DNA of 64,000 nucleotides from positions 1,469,827 through 1,533,826 of the forward strand of contig OZ244557.1 in assembly GCA_965217625.1 (NCBI GenBank), in the 5' to 3' direction. Below are positions 27,880 through 36,422 of this stretch, piece after piece. Made by a program: the position numbers and the translations under genes. The notes under the pieces were generated by a model that saw only the letters and a program-made list of their open reading frames with translations, did no database searches and was not told where the DNA came from. The DNA comes from Dehalococcoidia bacterium (GTDB lineage Bacteria > Chloroflexota > Dehalococcoidia > Bin125). Numbering within the stretch: the stretch's first letter is position 1; each line of letters begins with the position of its first letter.

Positions 27880-29373
27880 CTACCCCGCGACGGACGGGCG
27901 CGTGCGACCGACGCCCGTCGCCGTCTCGAAGGCGTGCGCGAGTTGCAGGACCTCGAAGTCGGCCTGGTGGCGGCCGACGATCTGGACGCCGACGGGGAGG
28001 CCGTCGGCGGTGAAGCCGGCGGGGACGGAGATCGCGGGCAGGCCGGTGAGCGTGATGGCGTAGCAGACGGCCATCCAGTCGATGTAGGTGTGCATGACGA
28101 CGCCGTCGATCTCGCGCACCCAGGGCTGTTCGATGGGGAAGGGCGGGACGGCGGCGGCCGGCAGCACCAGGAAGTCGTAGCGCTGCATGAACCCGCGCAC
28201 GCGCTGATACAGTTCGCTGCGTTTCGCCACGGCCTCGGAGACGTCCATGCCGGAGAGCGCGAGCCCCTTCTCCGTGTTCCAGCCGACGGTGTCCTTCATG
28301 CGGTCGCGATGCAGCCGCAGGTCGTCGATGCGGGCGCGGGAGGTCGCCCAGGCGCGCAGCGTCTGGAAGATGGCGTCGGCGTCGTGGAGGTCGGGCTCGC
28401 CGTCCTCGACGACGCAGCCGAGCGCTTCGAACACCGGACGCTGGGCGTCGAGGGTCTGCGTGACGGCGGGCTCGACGGGGTAGCGCCCCAGGTTCCGGCT
28501 CCAGGCGACGCGCGTGCCCTCGAAGCTGGCGTCGAGGGGGGCGGCGAAGCGCTCGCCGGGCTCGGCGATGGCGATGGGTGCGCGGGCGTCGGGCCCGGCG
28601 ATGGCGGAAAGCAGCAGCGCGGCGTCGGCGACGGAGCGACCCATGGGGCCCAGGACAGCCAGCGGCGACCAGGCGTCGAGCGTGGGCCAGGACGGGACGC
28701 GGCCCGGCGAGGGGCGAAAGCCCACGACGTTGCAGAAGCTGGCGGGGTTGCGCAGCGAGCCGCCGAGGTCGGAGCCGTCGGCGATGGGGACCATGCCGGT
28801 CGCCAGCGCGACGGCCGCGCCGCCGCTGCTGCCCCCGCAACTGCGGGTGAGGTCGTAGGGGTTGCGCGTCGCGCCGAAGACGGGGTTGAAGGTGTGCGAG
28901 CCCGCCCCGAACTCGGGCACGTTGCTCTTGCCCAGGATGATCGCGCCGGCGGCGCGCAGGCGCTCGACGATGAGGTCGTCCTGGGCGGGCACGTGGTCGG
29001 CGTAGATGGGCGAGCCGAAGGTCGTGCGGATGCCCGCCGTCGAGACGAGGTCCTTGATCACGATGGGCAGCCCGTGCAACGGGCCCGGCGGACGGCCCGC
29101 GGCGAGGGCGGCGTCGTCGGCGGCGGCGTCGGCCAGGGCGCGCTCGGGGAGGAGCGTGCAGATCGCGTTGACGCGCGGGTTGACCCGCGCGATCTGGTCG
29201 AGGTGCGCCTCGACGACCTCGCGAGCGGAGAGTTCCCGGCGGCGGATCAGGCCGGCGAGGTCGCGGGCGGAGCGGAAGTGGAGTGGGTCGGTGATGGGGG
29301 TTCTCCCGGGGGTGCCGGCGCCTGGAGACGGCCACAGGACCGAGGTTAGCGCGCCGGACCCTCGACGGCCCAC
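27880..29373 (-). CDS. Amidase (amidase-signature family, GatA-like)
   Basis: GGSSGGAAVALATGMVPIADGSDLGGSLRNPASFCNVVGFRPS signature. KDL/Ser-cisSer-Lys context (PIVIKDLVSTAGIRTTFGS). Start uncertain (GTG 29373 suggested; the track ORF extends to 29736, overlapping the next gene). Confidence 0.8.
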   Translation of the reverse strand: MGRRGSGALTSVLWPSPGAGTPGRTPITDPLHFRSARDLAGLIRRRELSAREVVEAHLDQIARVNPRVNAICTLLPERALADAAADDAALAAGRPPGPLHGLPIVIKDLVSTAGIRTTFGSPIYADHVPAQDDLIVERLRAAGAIILGKSNVPEFGAGSHTFNPVFGATRNPYDLTRSCGGSSGGAAVALATGMVPIADGSDLGGSLRNPASFCNVVGFRPSPGRVPSWPTLDAWSPLAVLGPMGRSVADAALLLSAIAGPDARAPIAIAEPGERFAAPLDASFEGTRVAWSRNLGRYPVEPAVTQTLDAQRPVFEALGCVVEDGEPDLHDADAIFQTLRAWATSRARIDDLRLHRDRMKDTVGWNTEKGLALSGMDVSEAVAKRSELYQRVRGFMQRYDFLVLPAAAVPPFPIEQPWVREIDGVVMHTYIDWMAVCYAITLTGLPAISVPAGFTADGLPVGVQIVGRHQADFEVLQLAHAFETATGVGRTRPSVAG

Positions 29374-29380
29374 GCAGCGG

Positions 29381-30226
29381 TCACGACTCGCACCCCAGCC
29401 CATCCCCGTCGACGTCGAAGCGGTGCGGGTCGGCGCCGACGACGCGGAACCGGCGCAGCGAGATGTCGCCGCAGTCGAGGTCGGGCGGGGGCGGCGGGAT
29501 GCACACGCCGGGGTACGACGGATCGCAGTGCGAGGCGTCGGGGATGGTCGCGGAGCGGCGGCCGTCCGACTGCACCCAGAGGGCCTGCCCGCGCTCGACC
29601 ATATGGAGCGTGCGGAGCCCAGGCGGCAGGCCAGCGGCGAAGGACATGAAGCGGCCGTCGGCGTAGGCGATGATCCGATCGGCGCCCAGCGTCGCCGCGA
29701 CCTCGGAGGCCGTCGCGCCGGGCCCGGTCCAGCCAATCGTGCTCCACCCGTCCGCGACGGCGACCGTGCGCGCGCCGGTGAACACGGGTCGCGTCCAGGA
29801 CGAGGGCCCAGACAGTTGCAGCCAGAGCGCGTCCCCCGCCGCGACCTCGGGCAGCGTGTTGAGGGACGAGGCTGACGTCACGCGCCAGGTATCGAACTCG
29901 CCGGCCTCGACGTTCCAGCGGAACACCGCAAGCAGACCGGGGATCGCTCCCAGCACCGCCGCCGGCGCGCCCGCCTCGGTCGCGACCACGAAGCTCCAGG
30001 GGGCCTGCAGCGGGATGGTTTGGGGGGTGACGGCGGCATCGGTCGCGGCGGACGGGGTCGTCGGCGGGGCGGGTTGCTCGGTCGCCTGGATGTCGCGCGA
30101 CTCGGCCCCGGCGACCAGCATCCCAGCGACGAGCAACACGACGGCAAGCAGAGCAGCCGCCAAGCCCGCGGGGCGCTCCTCATGGCCGGTTCCGCCGACG
30201 CATCGGCGCAGCGTAGCAGCGGGCAT
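29381..30226 (-). CDS. Secreted/membrane-anchored protein with a C-terminal Excalibur (extracellular Ca-binding) domain
   Basis: C-terminal CDPSYPGVCIPPPPPDLDCGDISLRRFRVVGADPHRFDVDGDGLGCES contains the DxDxDGxxCE Excalibur motif. Hydrophobic anchor LAAALLAVVLLVAGMLVAG. Start uncertain. Confidence 0.6.
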   Translation of the reverse strand: MPAATLRRCVGGTGHEERPAGLAAALLAVVLLVAGMLVAGAESRDIQATEQPAPPTTPSAATDAAVTPQTIPLQAPWSFVVATEAGAPAAVLGAIPGLLAVFRWNVEAGEFDTWRVTSASSLNTLPEVAAGDALWLQLSGPSSWTRPVFTGARTVAVADGWSTIGWTGPGATASEVAATLGADRIIAYADGRFMSFAAGLPPGLRTLHMVERGQALWVQSDGRRSATIPDASHCDPSYPGVCIPPPPPDLDCGDISLRRFRVVGADPHRFDVDGDGLGCES

Positions 30227-30374
30227 CGCGCCGGAACGGCGTCGCGGGCCGCCGACCGTGACGGGGGCGCGGAACCTGGCGCAGGTCGACAGCGGCAGCG
30301 CGATCCGATACACAAGCGCGAGGCCGTCCCGGCGCGGCGGCCCGGCAGACCCTGCACCGCTGAGGAGGCCCGCA

Positions 30375-31118
30375 ATGCGGCTGGCGCGAATCGAGCACAA
30401 CGGCAACCCGGTCTACGCGATCGTCGAGGGCGACGAACTGGCGCTGATCGAGGGCGACCCGTTCGGCGCCCACGGGACGACGGGCGAGCGCGTGCCGCTG
30501 GCCGGCGCGACGCTGCTCTGCCCGGCGACGCCCACGAAGATCGTGGCGATGGCCGTCAACTACCGCAGCCACGGGGATCCGGTGACGGTGCCGCAGCCCT
30601 TCCTCAAGGCCCCGTCGGCGCTGATTGGGCCGGAGCAGCCGATCGTGCTGCCGCCCGACGCGGGCCGCGTGGACGAGGAGGGCGAGGTGGTCGCGGTGAT
30701 CGGGCGGCGGGCGTCGCGGATCACGGTCGACGAGGTCGACGCGCACGTCTTCGGCTACACCTGCGGCAACGACGTCTCGGCGCGCGAGTGGCAGGGGGCC
30801 GACGTGCAATGGTGGCGCGCCAAGTCGTCCGACACGTTCGCGGCCGTCGGGCCCTGGATCGAGACGGACCTCGACCCGGAGGCGATCGGGTTCCGCGCGC
30901 GCGTGAACGGGGAGACGGTGCAGGACGCGCACACCAGCGAGCTCGTCTTCGCGGTGCGCGAGTGCGTGGCGTTCATCTCGCAGGCGATGACGCTGGAGCC
31001 CGGGGATCTGGTCTACACGGGCACGCCGGGCACGACGGCGCGGCTGTCGGCCGGGGACGTCGTCGAGATCGAGGCGGACGGGATCGGCGTGCTGCGGAAC
31101 CCGGTCGTCGGGGGCTGA
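30375..31118 (+). CDS. Fumarylacetoacetate hydrolase (FAH) family protein
   Basis: MRLARIEHNGNPVYAIVEGDE...KIVAMAVNYRSH...GTPGT...DVVEIEADGIGVLRNPV. TGAGGAGG SD 7 nt upstream of the ATG. Confidence 0.85.
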   Translation: MRLARIEHNGNPVYAIVEGDELALIEGDPFGAHGTTGERVPLAGATLLCPATPTKIVAMAVNYRSHGDPVTVPQPFLKAPSALIGPEQPIVLPPDAGRVDEEGEVVAVIGRRASRITVDEVDAHVFGYTCGNDVSAREWQGADVQWWRAKSSDTFAAVGPWIETDLDPEAIGFRARVNGETVQDAHTSELVFAVRECVAFISQAMTLEPGDLVYTGTPGTTARLSAGDVVEIEADGIGVLRNPVVGG

Positions 31119-31124
31119 CGGGGG

Positions 31125-33608
31125 TCAGGGGCGGGAGCGGCGCACCAGCGCAGTAGCGGCCAGGCCGAGGGTCAGGGCGGCAGCGACGGCGAGGGGGAGG
31201 ACAGCGCGCGAGGGCCGGTCGAGGCCGCCGCTGCCGGTATTGGGGAGGGCGGTGGGGCCGGGGACGGCCTCATCGTCCGCGGGAGCGGTGTCGCGATCGT
31301 CCGCGGGGGCGGCATCGCTATCGTCCGCGGCGGCGGCATCGTCCTCATCCGCGGCGCCGGCATCGTCCTCATCCGCGGCGCCGGCATCGTCCTCATCCGC
31401 AGCGGCGGTGTCGCCATCATCCGCGGCGACGCCGACGTCATCATCCGCGGCGGCGGCATCGCTATCGTCCTCGGCGCCGGCGATGTCATCGTCCTCGGCG
31501 GCGTCACCATCGCCGCGGTCCTCCTCCGCCGGAGCGTCGCTGTCAGCGTCGTCGCCGGCGCCGTCTCCGGTGTCCGGCGAGCCGAAGGCGAGGGCGACTT
31601 CGGTCCAGGCCCCGCCGACGACATCGTACGGCGCGCTGTGCTCCGACCCCTCAATGCTGAACGCGACGCGGGCGGCCTCCCCCTCGCTGACATCGATGAC
31701 CCAGTCGCCGCCGGCGACCACCGCGCTGTGGAGCTCTTCTCCGTCTTGGTCCCAGGCGATGATGACCGTGCCGTCGGCGACGAGTTCACCGTCGATGGTG
31801 GGGCCGGAGCCGTCCGCGGCGGAGCCGTAGAACACGTGTGACGAGGCGACCGGGACCTCGATGGCGCGCCGCATCCAGACGACGCTGCCCAGGGTCAGAG
31901 AGGAGTCGTCAAGCGTGCTCACGAGCTCGGGGACGCCAACCCTGTGGCTCAGGAAACGCTGCGCGGCGACATCGAACATCCACACGCCGGCGACCGGGAA
32001 CTGCTGCGCGGCGATCAGGGCCGCCAGGTCGGATGTGCACGCGAGCCCGTAGGTCCATCCGCCCGGCGGCGGAACCGGCAGAGCGGTTGGCTCGTCCTCG
32101 GCGATCGACGCCTCCGCGTCCGACACGCCGCCCGGCGCGTCGGTGCGCCGCATGATCACGACGCTCCCGGGCCGCAGCGAGGAGCCGTCGAGGGTGTTCA
32201 AGGAATCGGGCGCGCCAACGGTGTGGCCCCGGAACTCCTGCGCGTCGATGTCAAACAACCAGACGCTGGCGACCGGGAACCGCTGCGCGTCCATCAGGGC
32301 CGCGAGGTCCGATGTGTCGGAGGCGCCGTAGGTCCATCCACCTGGTGGAGGGACCGGCAGGACGCTCGACCCGCACGCCTCGGCGGGCGCCGGCTCCTCG
32401 GACCCTGTCGAGTCTGGCGTCCCGCCGGCGCCGTCGCCCACGATGCCGCCGGGCGCACCACCCTGGGAGCCGCCCGGTGGGTCAGTCCCCGCGGTCTCCA
32501 GTGGGGGCGTCTGGGTGTCCTGCGGCGGCGGGTTCTGGGTGTCCTGCGGTGGCGGGTTCTGGGTGTCCTGCGGTGGGGGGTTCTGCGTGTCCTCCGGCGG
32601 GGGGTCCTGCGTGTCCTCCAGCGGGGGGTCCTGCGTGTCCTCCGGCGGGGGGTCCTGCTCCGTGTCCTCCGGCGGCGGGTCCTGCGTGTCCTCTGGCGGC
32701 GGGTCCTGCGTGTCCTCCAGCGGGGGGTCCTGCGTGTCCTCCGGCGGCGGGTTCTGCGTGTTCTGCGGCGGGGGGTTCTGGGTGTTCTGCGGCGGAGGGC
32801 TCACGTCGCAGTTGGCCTGGTCCACGCGCAGGACCGCGTCATCGAAGTCCTCGTCGCCGCCGCCGTACCAGTCCTCGAAGGAGACGGTGGAGCCCGAGGT
32901 CCGTGCGTGTGTGAGTCCGTCGGGGTTGCGCGTCCCAGACCCCGCCCAGAACACGTCTCCGGTGTCGTGCACGCGGATCCCGAGTATGAAGTCCCCCGCT
33001 GAAAGGTCGTCGAGCACCTTCGTGCTGCCGGCATCGTGGTTCGTGATGCCGAGTGAGGTCGACGGGCCCGTTTCGGAGCGCTTGAAGAGGAACGTGCTCA
33101 CATACAGGGCCTCCGAGGGCTGCACGGTGAAGGTGATCTTGGTGCAGGCGCCCGTCAGCGTGATGGCGGGACCGATCGCTGGGCCGTTGGCGCCCATCCG
33201 GGTCGGTTCCTGTCCGAGCGCGACCTCGCGGGCCCGCCCCGGCCCGCAGCCGGCGTCGTTGCACGCCTGCAGCCGCACTCGCCACAGACCGCGGCCGGGC
33301 ATGGCGAGCGTGGCCTCGGTCTCGGTGACGGTCACCGCGTCGCCCGGCTCGAAGTCCCCGCCGGGGCGCCGCCAGTTGAGGGAATAGGAGGTCGCTCCGG
33401 GAACGTCATCCCATGACACGCCCACCTCCAGCGCGGCCACCTGGACGCCGACCGCCAATCCGGCGGGCTTGGCTGGCGCCCTCTCCTCGGTGCGCACGTC
33501 GCGGGCGGCGGCGGCGGATCCGGGCAGCGCCAGCAAGACACTCAACAGGACCAGGACGCCCGCGAGGAACTGGATACGGAAGGTCGGACTCTTGTCGCGC
33601 AGCCCCAC
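31125..33608 (-). CDS. LPXTG-anchored surface protein A: FN3-like and DUF4114-like domains, PPPQDTQN octapeptide repeats, duplicated ~75-aa domain, acidic D/A tail, LPNTG sorting signal
   Basis: Signal peptide FRIQFLAGVLVLLSVLLALPGSAAA. FEDWYGGGDEDFDDAVLRV matches the DUF4114 motif. C-terminal LPNTGSGG plus a hydrophobic stretch plus RRSRP. GGGAG SD before the GTG at 33608 (the track ORF starts at 33647). Confidence 0.8.
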   Translation of the reverse strand: MGLRDKSPTFRIQFLAGVLVLLSVLLALPGSAAAARDVRTEERAPAKPAGLAVGVQVAALEVGVSWDDVPGATSYSLNWRRPGGDFEPGDAVTVTETEATLAMPGRGLWRVRLQACNDAGCGPGRAREVALGQEPTRMGANGPAIGPAITLTGACTKITFTVQPSEALYVSTFLFKRSETGPSTSLGITNHDAGSTKVLDDLSAGDFILGIRVHDTGDVFWAGSGTRNPDGLTHARTSGSTVSFEDWYGGGDEDFDDAVLRVDQANCDVSPPPQNTQNPPPQNTQNPPPEDTQDPPLEDTQDPPPEDTQDPPPEDTEQDPPPEDTQDPPLEDTQDPPPEDTQNPPPQDTQNPPPQDTQNPPPQDTQTPPLETAGTDPPGGSQGGAPGGIVGDGAGGTPDSTGSEEPAPAEACGSSVLPVPPPGGWTYGASDTSDLAALMDAQRFPVASVWLFDIDAQEFRGHTVGAPDSLNTLDGSSLRPGSVVIMRRTDAPGGVSDAEASIAEDEPTALPVPPPGGWTYGLACTSDLAALIAAQQFPVAGVWMFDVAAQRFLSHRVGVPELVSTLDDSSLTLGSVVWMRRAIEVPVASSHVFYGSAADGSGPTIDGELVADGTVIIAWDQDGEELHSAVVAGGDWVIDVSEGEAARVAFSIEGSEHSAPYDVVGGAWTEVALAFGSPDTGDGAGDDADSDAPAEEDRGDGDAAEDDDIAGAEDDSDAAAADDDVGVAADDGDTAAADEDDAGAADEDDAGAADEDDAAAADDSDAAPADDRDTAPADDEAVPGPTALPNTGSGGLDRPSRAVLPLAVAAALTLGLAATALVRRSRP
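32500..32810 (-). repeat. Coding tandem repeat, 24-bp unit x ~13 (encodes PPP(Q/E)DTQ(N/D))
   Basis: Seen directly: ggggggttctgcgtgtcctccggc-type units repeated head-to-tail inside the LPXTG-A gene. Confidence 0.8.
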
Positions 33609-33697
33609 GGTGCTCCCGTGCGCGGGGCGCGGCACGCAGCCGCGCACTCCACCGCCCGCTCAGAGAGTCACGTCACCACCAATTGCGCCAGGGCCGC

Positions 33698-33703
33698 ACT
33701 ATA
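33698..33703 (-). promoter_or_regulatory. Candidate -10 element (TATAGT) upstream of LPXTG-A
   Basis: TATAGT on the gene strand, about 90 nt upstream of the proposed GTG start. No good -35. Confidence 0.25.
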
Positions 33704-33902
33704 CGATCTCCGCGCCCGCGGGGCCAGGGGACAGCACCCGATTGGCGGTTTCGGTAACCCGCAGTTAACGCGTGACCGGTGGCGGCTCCGATCGGCCGGC
33801 ATGGAGCGCGCCCTCCACCCGGTGTGGGGTCGTTCCGGGGTGACGGGGGAGATCACGGGGGCGGGCGTCGATCGCCCCGCGCTTGCCGCTCGTGAGACGT
33901 GT

Positions 33903-36314
33903 CTAGCCCGCGGCTGCGTCATCGACCGCGGCGGCGGCGACCGCTGGTTCGGCGAATTCGGGGAACCGCTCCGCCATCAGGCCACCGATATCGAGTGCAG
34001 GCCGGCCCTCGTGCGCTTCCTGGACATCACGCCAGACGATCGCTGCCGGTACACCCTCGTGCTCGACGCTCAGAGCGCTGGCCACATCGTTCAACGAACG
34101 GATCGGGGTATGCAGACCGAGTTCGCCGGCGATCCGCTGGTCGACCGGCAGCGAGCCGGGGGAGGCTCGCTGCACGACTCGCAGGTCCACCTCGGGGCCA
34201 CCCGGCTGGTGGCAGACGAACAGCAGGTCCCCGACCCGCGCGCCTGTCTCCTTCAGCACCGGCCCGACCGAGCCCATCGCGGGTTTCGGCGTGACTTCCG
34301 CCCAGACCAGGCTGATCGAGCCCCACGCACTCGCGACGTTTTGGCGCCCTCCCGGCCGGCAGCCCAGCTGCGCGGCGAACTGCGCCGGCACTTCTCGTCC
34401 GCTGCCCCGGAGCAGATTCCGCGTGACCGACATCCGCAGCGACCAATGATCGTCGTGCCAGAAGCACACCCCACTCGTCGCGGGGTCGTCCTTGAATTCG
34501 TACGGGACGTCCTCGGTCCGAAACGCCAGCTTGCCGGCGGCGGTCTTCATGAATATGGGCGCCGCGGTGCGACCGCGGACGGAGGCCGCGGACACGCCGT
34601 ACCGCGCGGCGAGTACGCGGCACAGCTCACCGATGGGGGCCACGCCGCCGCGACGCTCCAACTCATCGATCAGCCCATCCGTGATGTGCGTGTATCCCTT
34701 GAAGCCCCAGTCCCGATGCGCCAAGGTGGCGGTCCGATCGAGGCGCGTGAAGCGCGGATCGTCGATCGCTTCGTAGCGGGCCCCCCGCGGGTTGAGGTGG
34801 GTGAGCCGGGCTTCCTCCAGCAGTTGGGGCACGGTCGCGGGCTCCCCGCGGTGGCGCAGCAACCGCTCGAAGTCATCGCGGGACGAGCCCCGCGGGAGCG
34901 CGCCGGCGTCGATGAACCGGAGACGGTCGAACTGCGTGCACCACGCCTCCACGTGGTCCGCCGCGATCCCGTGGCCGCCCAGCACGCGTGCGAGTTCCGC
35001 AAGCGGCACGACAGGCCATTGCTCGAGCAACGCCGCGACGCCCGCGGCCAAGTCGTCCCGGTCCTCGGACGACAGGCGCATGAGCCAGCCCTCGGTCCGC
35101 GAATACCCCGTCAACTCCAAGAAGATGTGGAGGACGACGGTGCGATGTTCCGACGCCAGACCACCGCAGAAGTCGTCCACGACCTGCGACAGCCGCTCAT
35201 CCGATAGTGGGACTGCCGACCCGATGTGGGCACTGAATTTCTCGGCGAAATCGCGAAGCGGTTGGTAGTCCGGGCGGTCAAACCGCGCCCTCCACTTTGC
35301 GCTCGCGCGGGTTTCAATCTGCCGGATCCGTTCACGCGTGACGCTGAAGTCCGAACCGATCGATTCGAGCGTTCTTCGTCCTTCCGACGTGAACGATCGC
35401 GCTGCAAATACGTAGAGTTCCCGTTCTCGTAAGCCGCTCAACAGCTGGACAAGCAGATCGATCGGATCGCGCGGCTCCGGCTCTGGAGCGACCGGATCGT
35501 CCGGAGCGTCCGGAGCGTCCGGCATGACCGGAATGACTGCGGGCGGCGGTTCACCGGGGGCGAAGTCCGCGACCGTCAGCCATTCGGGGAGCGGGGGGTC
35601 TTCTCCCGTATCGAGGGGATCATCATCTGGCGACAAGTGGGATTCCTCGACCGCGCGGACGATGGTCCAAACGACCGGTTCGGCCAAGCGGGCCTCCGGG
35701 GCCGGGATGGGTAGCTCCAGCGGGACATCGGCATCCGCGTCGCCGTCGGATGCCGTGCTCGCCGATTCGCCGGCCTGGACGGCGCGATCCCGCACCTCTA
35801 CGGCCGCCGCCGCCAGGAGATCCGCGGCGAGTATCCGATCCGCCGCCCGACCGGTCTCGACCTGCAGAAGAAGCTGATCCCGCATCTCTTCCCCGCGCCC
35901 GGCGTCGATCAACTCGCGAGCGGCGCTGATGAGCGGCGCCCGCACCTGCTCCTTGCGAATCGTCAGGTTTCTGGCCAGCAAGCGGGTCGCGGAGGGGTCG
36001 CCCGCGTGCGCGGACTGAATGATCAGTTGGACGGCGTCGCGGCGGGTTTTCGGCACGCGCGAGTGGAGCGATCGCTCCACCGCCCGGGTTGCCAGGCTGT
36101 CCGAACCGAAGAGGCCGGCCACCGCGTCGAAGGCGGCGCGGCGCGTCGCCGGGTCCCGCTCTTCGTCGCGGCCGACGACGGAGATCACGGCGATCCGGAG
36201 CCTGTCATTTTCGCGAACGTGCCCCGCGGCCTCACGAATGGCCTTGCGACGGACAACGGCGTCTGTGTCCTCGCACCGGGCAAGTATCTCGTCAACGGTC
36301 GTGAGGTCAAGCAT
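33903..36314 (-). CDS. Large HEAT-like-repeat / sigma-70 region-4 HTH domain protein with an uncharacterised ~450-aa C-terminal domain
   Basis: Residues ~300-345 (ELYVFAARSFTSEGRRTLESIGSDFSVTRERIRQIETRASAKW) match sigma-70 region 4.2. N-terminal helical repeats (DAVVRRKAIREAAGHV..., DPATRRAAFDAVAGL...). Long acidic/Pro linker. C-terminal domain has no recognisable family. Confidence 0.65.
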   Translation of the reverse strand: MLDLTTVDEILARCEDTDAVVRRKAIREAAGHVRENDRLRIAVISVVGRDEERDPATRRAAFDAVAGLFGSDSLATRAVERSLHSRVPKTRRDAVQLIIQSAHAGDPSATRLLARNLTIRKEQVRAPLISAARELIDAGRGEEMRDQLLLQVETGRAADRILAADLLAAAAVEVRDRAVQAGESASTASDGDADADVPLELPIPAPEARLAEPVVWTIVRAVEESHLSPDDDPLDTGEDPPLPEWLTVADFAPGEPPPAVIPVMPDAPDAPDDPVAPEPEPRDPIDLLVQLLSGLRERELYVFAARSFTSEGRRTLESIGSDFSVTRERIRQIETRASAKWRARFDRPDYQPLRDFAEKFSAHIGSAVPLSDERLSQVVDDFCGGLASEHRTVVLHIFLELTGYSRTEGWLMRLSSEDRDDLAAGVAALLEQWPVVPLAELARVLGGHGIAADHVEAWCTQFDRLRFIDAGALPRGSSRDDFERLLRHRGEPATVPQLLEEARLTHLNPRGARYEAIDDPRFTRLDRTATLAHRDWGFKGYTHITDGLIDELERRGGVAPIGELCRVLAARYGVSAASVRGRTAAPIFMKTAAGKLAFRTEDVPYEFKDDPATSGVCFWHDDHWSLRMSVTRNLLRGSGREVPAQFAAQLGCRPGGRQNVASAWGSISLVWAEVTPKPAMGSVGPVLKETGARVGDLLFVCHQPGGPEVDLRVVQRASPGSLPVDQRIAGELGLHTPIRSLNDVASALSVEHEGVPAAIVWRDVQEAHEGRPALDIGGLMAERFPEFAEPAVAAAAVDDAAAG

Positions 36315-36422
36315 TGCAAAAATGGTAGCCGATGCGACGCTATGGCGTTGTGTGTGGCTCGACAGAACGCGTTCCGCGATGCCCGGGGCGCGGGCGTGAC
36401 GGGCGATCGGCGCCGCCGACGC

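Noticed and set aside
27836-29335. N-terminal ~500 aa of the 890-aa ORF 26663..29335
   Set aside because: This part is an Arg/Pro-rich frame overlapping the amidase gene in another frame. The real protein begins at the HTH (MREASRIM, 27835).
32443-33387. Possible CRISPR-like array or plus-strand Cys/Gly-rich ORF from the 24-bp tandem repeats
   Set aside because: The repeats are contiguous with no spacers and lie in-frame within the LPXTG-A coding sequence. The plus-strand ORF is the antisense of those coding repeats.
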